This document shows positions 9,654-19,009 of a stretch of DNA of 64,000 bases, piece after piece (positions within the stretch are counted from its first letter, which is position 1; the number at the start of each line of letters is the position of its first letter). Source of the DNA: Flavobacteriales bacterium (GTDB taxonomy: Bacteria; Bacteroidota; Bacteroidia; Flavobacteriales; Flavobacteriaceae). The DNA is taken from NCBI GenBank assembly GCA_038326725.1, contig JBBQKI010000004.1:4393-68392 (forward strand), written 5' to 3'. The position numbers and the translations under genes were made by a program. The notes under the pieces were generated by a model. That model searched no databases. It saw only the letters and a list, made by a program, of their open reading frames with translations, and had not been told where the DNA came from.

Positions 9654-9851
9654 TTTTTCTAATTAGAATCAATTTAATTCTTTAAAAATTGGCTGTCATT
9701 TTCATAAGCCTCTTCCAAATATTTTATAGAATTCTCAAAAATAAGCAAAATGGTTTGTTAAAAGTTTTAAATAAGCCATAAAATAAAACATGCTGATAGT
9801 TTATGGATTGTATTTGGGTATCTTTATACTTTCTATAATTATTGATATTTT

Positions 9852-10778
9852 ATGGATGAAAAATTTTCAGTAAATGATGCAGTTGCAAACGTTTGGAATA
9901 AACTGGATGGCTGGTTAGAAGCCATTATCCTGAAACTCCCCAATCTTGCGGTTGCCATCCTCGTCATGGTCCTTTTCTATTTTGGAGGAAGGATGGTCGG
10001 CCGTTTCTCCCGAAAAGTCCTTTTCCAAAAAATTAAGCAAGAATCCGTTCGCATTATGCTTGGCAAGATTGTTTTTGCCACCATGTTGCTCATCGGCTTT
10101 TTTATTGCACTGGGAATCATGGAACTAGACAAACTGCTCACCTCCGTACTTGCGGGTGCCGGGGTTGTTGGTTTGGCAATTGGTTTGGCTTTGCAGGGTA
10201 CGTTGAGCAATACTTTTTCGGGACTTGCGCTTTCGTTTTTGCCAAAAATACGGATTGGAGATTTTATAAAAACAGGCGATATAGAAGGTTTTGTAGCTGA
10301 AATCACACTAAGGAACATTGTACTTCGCCAACCCGATAATGATTATGTAATCATCCCGAATTCGCACTTTATAATAAATCCATTCACAAATTATTCGTGG
10401 ACAGCGCGTTCTCGAATTGACGTAAGCTGCGGGGTGGCATATGATACCGATTTGGAGATGGTGGAAGAATTGGTAGTTCGCTTGATTGGTGATAATTTCC
10501 CACATAGTCAAAGTGAAGAAGTTGAATTTTTCTATACTGAATTTGGTGACAGTTCCATCAACTTCGTGGTTCGTTTTTGGATAGATTGCGTAAAGTCAAA
10601 ACAAAAATTTGCGGGGGAACACAAAGCGATAAAACTCATTAGAAAACATTTTAAAGAGGAAGGAATAAATATCCCTTTCCCTATACGAACCTTGGATTTT
10701 GGGATGAATACCTTGGAAACACATTCAAAAAATAAAATTTCAAAAACAAAGACTCCGGTAGCCAATAAAACGAAATAA
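9852..10778 (+). CDS. Mechanosensitive ion channel (MscS family)
   Basis: 308 aa with three N-terminal TM helices, a pore-helix-like GAGVVGLAIGLALQGTLSN segment and a beta-domain GDFIKTGDIEGFVAEITLRN. Confidence 0.88.
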   Translation: MDEKFSVNDAVANVWNKLDGWLEAIILKLPNLAVAILVMVLFYFGGRMVGRFSRKVLFQKIKQESVRIMLGKIVFATMLLIGFFIALGIMELDKLLTSVLAGAGVVGLAIGLALQGTLSNTFSGLALSFLPKIRIGDFIKTGDIEGFVAEITLRNIVLRQPDNDYVIIPNSHFIINPFTNYSWTARSRIDVSCGVAYDTDLEMVEELVVRLIGDNFPHSQSEEVEFFYTEFGDSSINFVVRFWIDCVKSKQKFAGEHKAIKLIRKHFKEEGINIPFPIRTLDFGMNTLETHSKNKISKTKTPVANKTK

Positions 10779-10798
10779 AATATTTAAACTAAATAGCT

Positions 10799-10936
10799 AT
10801 GAAAAAGATACTACAATTCTTCCTTGCAGCCTGGGGGGCAAAAAAAATAGGTGGCGGCTCCTGTGGCTGTATCGGCACCATTATAGTCTTCATAATTCTA
10901 TGGGTGGTTTTGGGCTACGTACTTGAATGGTTTTGA
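10799..10936 (+). CDS. Candidate small hydrophobic protein (45 aa)
   Basis: MKKILQFFLAAWGAKKIGGGSCGCIGTIIVFIILWVVLGYVLEWF. One clear TM helix, 20 nt downstream of the mscS-family gene. Confidence 0.35.
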   Translation: MKKILQFFLAAWGAKKIGGGSCGCIGTIIVFIILWVVLGYVLEWF

Positions 10937-11053
10937 ATCTTCAATATTGGAGCTTGGAAGTAATGTCCTTTTTTAACTAAACAATAGCAAGCGTTAACTA
11001 ATATTTTGGAAGTGGACAGGGTTATCAGTTGGATAAACCTAAATACTTACATT

Positions 11054-11896
11054 ATGAAAAAAGTTATTGCACTATCCCTACTTGCAGGAACGTTTTTAAC
11101 CGTTTCCTGTGTTTCCAAAAAAAAGTATGTTGCACTTGAAAACCAGTACAATGATACCCGTTCCACACTTTCCAAAACACAACTGGAAAAAGAAGAAATT
11201 GAAGCTAAATATGCGAAGATCGAAGAGCGCGTAGCCACCTACAATAATAAGATCCAATCGTTGACGGACACAAACAATAGCCGCTTGGAGCAGATTGAAA
11301 ATGTTGTTATTTCCCAAAATGACAAAGAGAAGATGAAGAAAGCCTTGGCCAATGTTAACCAACAGGAATTGGCTCAAGCGAAAACACTTCAGGATTCAAT
11401 GAACCTTATTATCTCTTATAATTTGAAGAAAAACCTGGACACCAACCTTATTGCCGAGGGTGAAGAGGATGATATTAAAATCGATATTGATGAAACAGTA
11501 GTCATGATCACCATTTCCGATAAATTATTGTTCAGTTCCGGGAGTTTCCGTGTAAATCCAAAAGCAGATAATTTACTGGAAAGGCTTGCCAACGTTATAA
11601 ACAGCGAACCGGCACTTGAAGTAATGGTTGAAGGTCACACGGATGCACAAACCGTAAAAGACGGCGCATACATCAAAGATAATTGGGAACTGAGCGTGGA
11701 ACGAGCTACAGCCGTTATCCGCAAATTACAAGATGATTTTAATGTTGCCCCTGAAAAATTGATTGCGGCCGGAAGGAGCAGTTTTCACCCTTTAACTGAA
11801 AATGAAACCAAGGAAGGTCGAGCCTCAAACCGAAGGACCCGGATCGTTATTCTTCCCAACCTTGACAAGTTTCTAGCTTTGCTTTCAGCCAATTAA
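11054..11896 (+). CDS. OmpA/MotB-domain lipoprotein with coiled-coil N-terminal region
   Basis: Lipobox-like LTVSC. OmpA-like C-terminus VEGHTDAQ...NWELSVERATAVIRKL...GRASNRRTRIVILP. Start set at ATG 11054 (MKKVIAL). Confidence 0.88.
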   Translation: MKKVIALSLLAGTFLTVSCVSKKKYVALENQYNDTRSTLSKTQLEKEEIEAKYAKIEERVATYNNKIQSLTDTNNSRLEQIENVVISQNDKEKMKKALANVNQQELAQAKTLQDSMNLIISYNLKKNLDTNLIAEGEEDDIKIDIDETVVMITISDKLLFSSGSFRVNPKADNLLERLANVINSEPALEVMVEGHTDAQTVKDGAYIKDNWELSVERATAVIRKLQDDFNVAPEKLIAAGRSSFHPLTENETKEGRASNRRTRIVILPNLDKFLALLSAN

Positions 11897-11920
11897 ATAG
11901 AAGGTAAACAACTAAATTTA

Positions 11921-11956
11921 ATAAGCGGCCTTGATGTTCAATGCCGCTTATTTTTT
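11921..11956 (+). terminator. Rho-independent terminator
   Basis: 9-bp stem ataagcggc / gccgcttat with a 13-nt loop, followed by TTTTTT. Confidence 0.75.
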
Positions 11957-12037
11957 AAACGAAACCAATATATCTTATTTTTCTCTAAACGTTAAGCAAT
12001 TCTTAATTTTTGTATATTTACGAGATAAAGAAAAGCC

Positions 12038-12400
12038 ATGATTATCGATTATATTAGAGAGTGTTGCGATCTGGAATTGTTTGAAAACCATGCCATTTTA
12101 AGAATATTTGAACAACAAAAGTTAAGTGCCGAGAATGGCAAAGCTTTACAAAATAAGTTTAAAGAGCATTTTGGAAATAGGGAATTTATTTTAATAAAAG
12201 ACCGAAAGTTTCACTATGAATTGAATTTTGAATTCTACAAAAAAACCCTCCCGAAAAATCTGATTGGGATTGCCATTGTTTCAAAAAATCAAAATGAAAG
12301 GGAACGCGCCATAGAAGAGCAACAACATTTTGATCAAAGCTTTGCTTTTTTTGAGGAATTGGAAGACGCAATAGCTTGGTCCAATTCCTTTTTTAAGTAA
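12038..12400 (+). CDS. Hypothetical protein
   Basis: 120-aa ATG-initiated ORF with no overlapping alternative. No family recognised. Confidence 0.5.
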   Translation: MIIDYIRECCDLELFENHAILRIFEQQKLSAENGKALQNKFKEHFGNREFILIKDRKFHYELNFEFYKKTLPKNLIGIAIVSKNQNERERAIEEQQHFDQSFAFFEELEDAIAWSNSFFK

Positions 12401-12401
12401 A

Positions 12402-13130
12402 TTATTCCTTCCCTGGGGGCATTGAGGGCCTTATTTCAATTTTGCTTGGCAAGGCGCGAGCGGGCATTTTCAATAAATTGATAACCAATATCCCAATATC
12501 TTCTTTTTGAATTTTCCATGCATCATTTTCATTGGGCTTATTTCCGTTGAAGTTTGTTGCTACCGAACCTGGCATAATGGTGGTGACTTTTACCCCGTAT
12601 TTTCTTAAATCAAGCATTACGGCTTGAGTAAAACCGGTTACGCCAAATTTACTCGCATTGTATGCAGAGCCTCCTTCAAAAAAGTTGGTCCCTGCCAAAC
12701 TGGAAATGGTAATATAGGAACCTTTGTTCCTTTTAAGTTCTTCCACACTGGCCTTTAAAGTATAAAAAGGCCCTGTTAGATTGGTGTCCATGGTTTCTTT
12801 CCATTGCTGAAGGCTCAATTTATCCACCGAGCCAAAATGCCCAAGCCCAGCATTTGCAATAACAATGTCCAGCCTTCCAAATTCATTGAGAATGGTATTC
12901 ACCGCCCTTTCCTGGCTTTCAAACTCCCGCACATCGGCTTCTATTCCTATAGCCTTTGCGTCGTTTTTTATAGTTTCATTCAATCTATTTGCGGCTTCTT
13001 TAGCAGTAGCTTCGGTTCTTCCCGTAATGGCCACGTTTACCCCTTCTTCCAATAAACATTCAGCAATACCGTATCCAATTCCTTTTGTACCACCTGTGAT
13101 TAATGCAACTTTAGTTCTAAGTTCTTCCAT
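12402..13130 (-). CDS. Short-chain dehydrogenase/reductase (SDR)
   Basis: TGGTKGIGYGIA cofactor motif, NAG motif (IANAG) and catalytic YNASKFG. Confidence 0.9.
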   Translation of the reverse strand: MEELRTKVALITGGTKGIGYGIAECLLEEGVNVAITGRTEATAKEAANRLNETIKNDAKAIGIEADVREFESQERAVNTILNEFGRLDIVIANAGLGHFGSVDKLSLQQWKETMDTNLTGPFYTLKASVEELKRNKGSYITISSLAGTNFFEGGSAYNASKFGVTGFTQAVMLDLRKYGVKVTTIMPGSVATNFNGNKPNENDAWKIQKEDIGILVINLLKMPARALPSKIEIRPSMPPGKE

Positions 13131-13202
13131 TTTTCCTATTTTTAAAAGTAAAGTTACAAAGCAGAAATGCCATATCTATAAATTTCCACTTAAATTTAAG
13201 CG

Positions 13203-13814
13203 ATGAGAACAAAAACATTAATATTAATTTCCCTTTTGTCGCTGGCATTTTCTTCGGAAAAAGAACAAACCGAACTTGTTGATATTACAACACTTTCCAC
13301 TGAATTTTCATATCAAATCCGTTATGCTACCCCCCATAATTTTATGAATGAAACTCTTTATGATTGCCCCAAATGCGTATTGCGGCCAGAAGTTGCTGAA
13401 GCATTGCTAAAAGCCAATCATTATTTTTGCGAAAAAGGCTTTCGCATCAAATTCTTCGATTGCTATCGTCCATTGGATGTGCAAAAACAGATGTGGGAAA
13501 AGTATCCAAGACCAACGTATGTTGCAAATCCGTACGGCACAGGGTCCGTCCACAACAAAGGCGCAGCAGTGGATGTTACCTTGGAAACGCTGGACGGGTG
13601 TTATGTTGAAATGGGCACGGATTATGACTATTTCGGTAGGGAGGCACATATCGATAATTTTAATTTCAACGAAGAAATTTTGACAAACAGGAAATTGCTA
13701 TTTGAAGGCATGAGGAAATTTGGCTTTTCCACCATCCGGACGGAATGGTGGCATTTCAGCTTCAATAATTACAGCCGTTTTGAAACATTGAATACTCCCC
13801 TGCCCTGCAATTAG
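13203..13814 (+). CDS. M15-family D-alanyl-D-alanine dipeptidase (VanX-like), secreted
   Basis: Signal peptide. Motifs CYRPLDVQKQMWE, SVHNKGAAVDVTL and EWWHF are typical of VanX/DdpX. Confidence 0.8.
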   Translation: MRTKTLILISLLSLAFSSEKEQTELVDITTLSTEFSYQIRYATPHNFMNETLYDCPKCVLRPEVAEALLKANHYFCEKGFRIKFFDCYRPLDVQKQMWEKYPRPTYVANPYGTGSVHNKGAAVDVTLETLDGCYVEMGTDYDYFGREAHIDNFNFNEEILTNRKLLFEGMRKFGFSTIRTEWWHFSFNNYSRFETLNTPLPCN

Positions 13815-14794
13815 TTTGAGTTTGGTGGAAGTTCATCCATTGCTTCTTTAATGATCTTAAATGGAATTTCCGGGGTATTTTTATAAAGTTTAAGTTCCAC
13901 AACATCTGATGGCAGATTGAAATCTTTGGCTGCCAATGCTTCTTTTACCTCTTTTATTATCAACCCCCTTAACACTCGAGAAGATCTTCTATAATCAAAA
14001 GTATCTACCCAAAAAAACACTTTTAGGTTTACGGTACTGGCGGCAAGTTCATCTTCGATAACAAAATTTTCGTGCAATTCGTCCCGTATAATTTCTTTAT
14101 TAATATCCAAAATATCTTGGATCACTTTTTTGGCAGCTCCAATATCATCTTCGTAACCAATTCCAACTGTAAAATCTACTCTGTAAAAACCATCTGCAGT
14201 GTAGTTTTCAACAGGTTTTGTAAGTACATCACTGTTGGGAATATAAATATCGCGTCCGTCAAAGGTTTTTATGTGTGAATATCGAAAACTTAATTCTTTT
14301 ACCTTTCCGAAAATGTCATCGATTTTTATAGTATCGTTAATATTAAAAGGCCTGTTGAAGGCCAATATAATTCCTGCCAAAAAATTCTTGCCAATATCCT
14401 GAAATGCGAAACCCAGAATAATGGCACCGCCACCAACGGCGGTCAAGAGTCCCGTGGCGATACCGTTGAGCCCAGCAACTTGCAAGGCCAGCATTATTGC
14501 TATAATTATTAGAACTATTTTTAGCGCCTGCGCTAAAAATCTTGACATCAAAGGGTCTTCAGATTTTTGCTGGAACCGCCTTTTATAAAAACCCGTGACT
14601 AATTGGGCCAACAAAATTCCGGCAATAACAACCAAAATTCCCAAAGCAATACGAGGTAGCACCACTAGAAATTCTTCATAATAATTCTTTAGCGAATTGG
14701 TAATCGTGTCTGTAGGAGATTGTACAAATAACATCATAAACAGTATTTTTCTTAAAGGTAAGAATAATGATTTTCCCAAAATATTTCTTCCCAT
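13811..14794 (-). CDS. Mechanosensitive ion channel (MscS family)
   Basis: 327 aa. TM helices, GGGAIILGFAFQDIGKNFLAG, and beta-domain IKIDDIFGKVKELSFRYSHIKT. Confidence 0.88.
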   Translation of the reverse strand: MGRNILGKSLFLPLRKILFMMLFVQSPTDTITNSLKNYYEEFLVVLPRIALGILVVIAGILLAQLVTGFYKRRFQQKSEDPLMSRFLAQALKIVLIIIAIMLALQVAGLNGIATGLLTAVGGGAIILGFAFQDIGKNFLAGIILAFNRPFNINDTIKIDDIFGKVKELSFRYSHIKTFDGRDIYIPNSDVLTKPVENYTADGFYRVDFTVGIGYEDDIGAAKKVIQDILDINKEIIRDELHENFVIEDELAASTVNLKVFFWVDTFDYRRSSRVLRGLIIKEVKEALAAKDFNLPSDVVELKLYKNTPEIPFKIIKEAMDELPPNSN

Positions 14795-14961
14795 AAATTA
14801 ATCCTAAAGATTAGGCTTCCCAACTCCTTGACTTATCATTACTAAAATTTATATCACTTTAGTAAAATCGTTAAAATCATTCAGATTAATAAGTATGTTG
14901 AAAGCATTTTCATACCCTTCCCTTCGGGCAATAATTCAGTATTTGAATTCTGAATTCATAT

Positions 14962-15273
14962 TTGAAAACCTATCTTTGGCAAAAAAAACGTTTGGACACT
15001 TCTGTTAAAGTTTTTCGGGTCGTCAGCACTTTGGAGGCCATTTCATATTTGGTTTTATTGTGCATTGCCATGCCCTTAAAATATATTTGGGATAAACCCG
15101 AAATGGTTAGAATAGTGGGCATGGCCCATGGAGTTCTTTTTGTCCTTTATGTCGCTGGCGCGTTATATATGTACAAAATTTTGAATTGGTCGTTTAAAAC
15201 CTTGGCCATTGTCATCGTTTGTTCCATGTTGCCTTTTGGACCGTTCTATGTTGAAAAACGATATTTGAAATGA
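14962..15273 (+). CDS. DUF3817-family integral membrane protein
   Basis: FRVVSTLEAISYLVLL...MPLKY...MVRIVGMAHGVLFVLYV pattern. No early ATG exists, so TTG at 14962 (or 14992) must be the start. Its stop overlaps the next gene's ATG (ATGA). Confidence 0.65.
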   Translation: MKTYLWQKKRLDTSVKVFRVVSTLEAISYLVLLCIAMPLKYIWDKPEMVRIVGMAHGVLFVLYVAGALYMYKILNWSFKTLAIVIVCSMLPFGPFYVEKRYLK

Positions 15274-16538
15274 ACCGCGAAGCCCTTCAATATTACAGCT
15301 GTATTCCGCAGGAATACTTCATCAATCAGGGAATGATCCCAGACTTGGCGATATTCCTTAATATCTTCATCAATTGTTTTGTGTTGATGATGGTGGTTTT
15401 TTTCATGGATATCTTTTTTCGAAGATTTATCATTGAAACTTTTAAAACTTTTAGCAGCAAGTCCAAAACTACTTTTGACGACTATTTGGTGCAAAGCAAC
15501 TTTCCGAGATATGTGGCCCGATTTATACCGTTAATCGTAATTTGGAACCTTATTCCTATAATTTTTATTGAAACCCCATTTTTTACGAATCTCCTTTTGA
15601 TTGGGGCGAATATATTCTTGGTCATTCTCTGCATTTATATTTTAAGGAGTATTTTAAGAACTTCCAAACGCTTTCTTGCTGAAAAAGAAAATTACCGAGA
15701 CAAACCCCTAGAAAGTTATGTCCAAGTAATGATGATCTTTCTTTGGGGCATCGGTATATTTATCATCATTCAGCAACTAACAGGCTATTCCGTTGTTAGC
15801 TTTGCTACATTAGGAGCCGCTTCTGCTGTATTATTGCTTATTTTCAAGGACACCATTTTGGGCTTTGTGGCAAGCATCCAAGTTTCGGTTAATGATATTG
15901 TTCGAATCGGGGATTGGATAACCTTTAGCCGTTACGGGGCGGATGGTTATGTCACGGAAATAAACTTGGCCACTGTTCGCGTTCAGAATTTTGATAATAC
16001 CTTTACTACTATTCCCACCTATAGCCTGATTGCCGATTCATTTCAGAACTGGCGCGGAATGCAGGAGTCGAAAGGCCGTAGGATTAAAAGATCGATCTTT
16101 ATAAAACAATCTTCCATTAAATTCCTTTCGCCCGAAGAGTTGGAGGATTTAAAAAAAATACAGCTTATTAAACCTTATATAGAACACCGGGAAAAGGAGG
16201 TTAAAAAATATAACACCTTAAACGAAGCGGACAAATCTCTTTTATTGAACGGCAGGAACCAAACAAATTTGGGGGTTTTCAGGAAATATGCAGATGCTTT
16301 TCTTTATGAAAATCCGGCGATCAACAAAGACCTTTTTTTAATGGTGCGCCACTTGGCTCCTACAGACAAAGGCATCCCTATTGAAATTTTCTGTTTCAGC
16401 TACGATAAGAAATGGGAAAACTACGAGCACATCCAAGCCGATATATTTGACCATCTTTTAGCTGCAGTCCCTTATTTCGGGCTTGAAATATTTGAGCTTC
16501 CCACCGGTAAAGATATTGTACAACTTAAAATACAGTAG
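15270..16538 (+). CDS. Mechanosensitive ion channel family protein (long form)
   Basis: 422 aa with multiple TM helices, LIFKDTILGFVASIQVSVND and RIGDWITFSRYGADGYVTEINLATVRVQN (MscS beta domain). Confidence 0.85.
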   Translation: MNREALQYYSCIPQEYFINQGMIPDLAIFLNIFINCFVLMMVVFFMDIFFRRFIIETFKTFSSKSKTTFDDYLVQSNFPRYVARFIPLIVIWNLIPIIFIETPFFTNLLLIGANIFLVILCIYILRSILRTSKRFLAEKENYRDKPLESYVQVMMIFLWGIGIFIIIQQLTGYSVVSFATLGAASAVLLLIFKDTILGFVASIQVSVNDIVRIGDWITFSRYGADGYVTEINLATVRVQNFDNTFTTIPTYSLIADSFQNWRGMQESKGRRIKRSIFIKQSSIKFLSPEELEDLKKIQLIKPYIEHREKEVKKYNTLNEADKSLLLNGRNQTNLGVFRKYADAFLYENPAINKDLFLMVRHLAPTDKGIPIEIFCFSYDKKWENYEHIQADIFDHLLAAVPYFGLEIFELPTGKDIVQLKIQ

Positions 16539-16592
16539 AATGGGTTAAATAAATGAAGTATCTTTCGTGAGCCAAACTTCTCTGAAATACTT

Positions 16593-17657
16593 ATGAAATT
16601 AAAAACCTTCCTCTATATACTTGCAACATTCGCTGTAATACTTACCATTTTCCCCTTTATAGCAGTAGATTACTGGTGGATACGTATTTTTGATTTTCCC
16701 CACGTTCAGCTCACTATATTGACTTTTGTGGCTCTTCTTACCTTTTTTATTCGGTTTGATATAAACAGGCTGAACGATTATCTTTTTGTTGGAATAGTGG
16801 GGGTTTGTTTCGTAGTTCAATTAGCAAAAATATATCCCTACACTGGGCTGGCTGCAGTTGAAATTGCCAACAGCCAAGAGGTAGTCAACAACAGAACAAT
16901 CTCCCTATATGCCGCTAACGTACTACAGACAAACAGGGAACCGCAAAAATTTTTAAAGGATTTTACCGATAAAAACCCTGACGTGCTACTGTTGCTGGAA
17001 ACAGATAAAGACTGGATGGATTTTATTACGGCACATTTGCCTCCTGAATACGCTTATAAAGCTGAAATTCCACTAAGTAACACTTATGGAATGCTTCTCT
17101 ATTCAAAGTTTAAACTGTTGAATCCCGAAATAAAATTTTTAGTTGATAAAGAAATTCCCTCAATCCATTCCAAATTATTGCTTCCTTCGGGAGATACAAT
17201 TCAATTGTACACCATCCACCCCACGCCTCCAATGCCGCAACATAACCCACTATCGACGGATCGGGATTCTGAAATGATGAAAATTGCCACCCTTAGCCGA
17301 AAATCACAATATCCCGTAATAGTTTTGGGCGACTTTAACGATGTTGCTTGGTCAAATACAACTTCTCTTTTTCAAAATGTGGGGGAATTATTGGATATGC
17401 GAAAAGGAAGAGGTTTTTATAACACCTATAATGCCAAAAGCTTTTTGATGCGGTGGCCATTGGATCATATTTTTGTCTCAGCAGAGTTTCGGATTATCAC
17501 CCTTAAATTGGGTGAAGATATTAACTCAGACCATTTTCCAACTTTTGCAAAGTTAAGTTTTGAACCAGAAAAGGCAGCGGAACAGGAACCCGAAAAACCC
17601 AATGAAAACCAATTAAAACGCGCTCGCGAACAAGCCGAAAGGGTATCCTTGCAATAG
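16593..17657 (+). CDS. Membrane-anchored endonuclease/exonuclease/phosphatase (EEP) family protein
   Basis: N-terminal TM helices. EEP motifs LLLETD, VLGDFND and SDHFP near the C-terminus. Confidence 0.8.
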   Translation: MKLKTFLYILATFAVILTIFPFIAVDYWWIRIFDFPHVQLTILTFVALLTFFIRFDINRLNDYLFVGIVGVCFVVQLAKIYPYTGLAAVEIANSQEVVNNRTISLYAANVLQTNREPQKFLKDFTDKNPDVLLLLETDKDWMDFITAHLPPEYAYKAEIPLSNTYGMLLYSKFKLLNPEIKFLVDKEIPSIHSKLLLPSGDTIQLYTIHPTPPMPQHNPLSTDRDSEMMKIATLSRKSQYPVIVLGDFNDVAWSNTTSLFQNVGELLDMRKGRGFYNTYNAKSFLMRWPLDHIFVSAEFRIITLKLGEDINSDHFPTFAKLSFEPEKAAEQEPEKPNENQLKRAREQAERVSLQ

Positions 17658-17667
17658 TTTGTAGTGC

Positions 17668-18096
17668 CTACCTTTTAAAATAAAGTAATTGGGTCATCCA
17701 TTTCGGGAATATGTAAATTTTTTTCCCAAAATTGTCAGGCAATTGAACAAAGAAAGTTTTTTCCAATGGGTGATTCCCTGAAAAAACTTTGGGAAAAACC
17801 TGAAAATTATCTGGCGTCTTTTCATACGAACCCGCAAAAAAATTTGCCGGAAAAATTCGGTAAAAATTGGCGTTCAATTCTATACTGTTGAATTGGGTGG
17901 CGTTATATTCCAATTCATCTTTTGTGCCTTTCGAATAAAAACCTTTTAAATCGGCTTAGTTCCATTTGGCACAGAAAACGTAAAGATTGGGAACTTTCGG
18001 CTTCTCAAAGTTTGAAAGTGCTTTTTTATTTCCCGGATGGTCTGGTGGAATTGTAAAATCTATATTTTCTGGATCGTCAACTTTTCCGAATTTCAT
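17668..18096 (-). pseudogene. DUF72-family gene remnant with an in-frame TAA (17956-17958) and a truncated, degraded C-terminal half
   Basis: MKFGKVDDPENIDFTIPPDHP...CAKWN-stop-ADLKGFYSKGTKDELEYNATQFNSIELNANFYRIFP reads through in one frame. Total length is about 142 codons, against about 250-300 for DUF72 proteins as I recall them. Confidence 0.6.
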
Positions 18097-18211
18097 ACTA
18101 AAAATCTTTCGTGTAAATATATTGCTTATAAAAAAGTAAAAAAAAATCATTTTCCTGTAACACATCGTTTGTGCAATAGTCATATCTTTATTAAAATCTA
18201 AAAAAACCATC

Positions 18212-18943
18212 ATGAGAATAATCAAATTACTTTCCGTTGCCCTTCTTTGTTTAATGTTAAGTCCGGTTTCCGCTCAAACGGCCGATGAAATCCTCAAAAA
18301 TTATTTTGAAAACACCGGTGGGATGGCCGTTTGGAAAAACCTGAATGGGGTGAAAATATTAGCCACGGCAAATGCCCAGGGCATGGTAATACCAGTGGAA
18401 ATATATCAAATGAAAGACGGCAAACAATTGGTTAAAATAAACTTTCAGGGCCAGGAAATAACCCAGCTTGCCTTTGATGGTGAAACAATGTGGACCACCA
18501 ATTTCATGACCATGCAGCCAGAAAAAAGCGATGCTGAAACTACAGAGAATGCTAAAAAGCAGGTAAAAGACTTTCCTTCCCCTTTCATTGATTATAAAGA
18601 AAAAGGCTTTACTGTGGAATACATGGGGAAAGAAACCAAGGAAGGCGCCGAAACTTTTAAACTTAAATTAACCCAAACCCCTATTATGGTTGACGGCGTT
18701 GAAGAAGCCAATGTTTCCTACTACTATTTTGACACCGAAAATTATGTGCCGATAGTTACAGAAAGCGAAATAAAACAAGGCCCAATGAAAGGCCAAATGA
18801 GCATTTCAACTATGAGCGATTATCAAGAAGTTAATGGATTATACTTTCCATTCGCCATGAGCATGGCAGGACAGGCAGTTACTGTTCAGGAAATCATCCT
18901 GAACCCAGAAGTGGACGCCGCTAGTTTCGCTTTTCCGGAATAA
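18212..18943 (+). CDS. Secreted LolA-fold / outer-membrane lipoprotein-sorting-like protein
   Basis: 243 aa with a signal peptide. Overall pattern (ADEILKNYFENTGG...W.NL...) resembles this family; assignment by recollection only. Confidence 0.5.
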   Translation: MRIIKLLSVALLCLMLSPVSAQTADEILKNYFENTGGMAVWKNLNGVKILATANAQGMVIPVEIYQMKDGKQLVKINFQGQEITQLAFDGETMWTTNFMTMQPEKSDAETTENAKKQVKDFPSPFIDYKEKGFTVEYMGKETKEGAETFKLKLTQTPIMVDGVEEANVSYYYFDTENYVPIVTESEIKQGPMKGQMSISTMSDYQEVNGLYFPFAMSMAGQAVTVQEIILNPEVDAASFAFPE

Positions 18944-18961
18944 ACAATAAAGTCAACAATT

Positions 18962-18992
18962 AAAAATCCCTGTTAATTCGGGGATTTTTTTT
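18962..18992 (+). terminator. Probable rho-independent terminator
   Basis: aaaaatccc / gggattttt stem (3 GC pairs plus AT pairs), 10-nt loop, T8 run. Confidence 0.45.
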
Positions 18993-19009
18993 AACCAAAA
19001 ACCAAAAAA

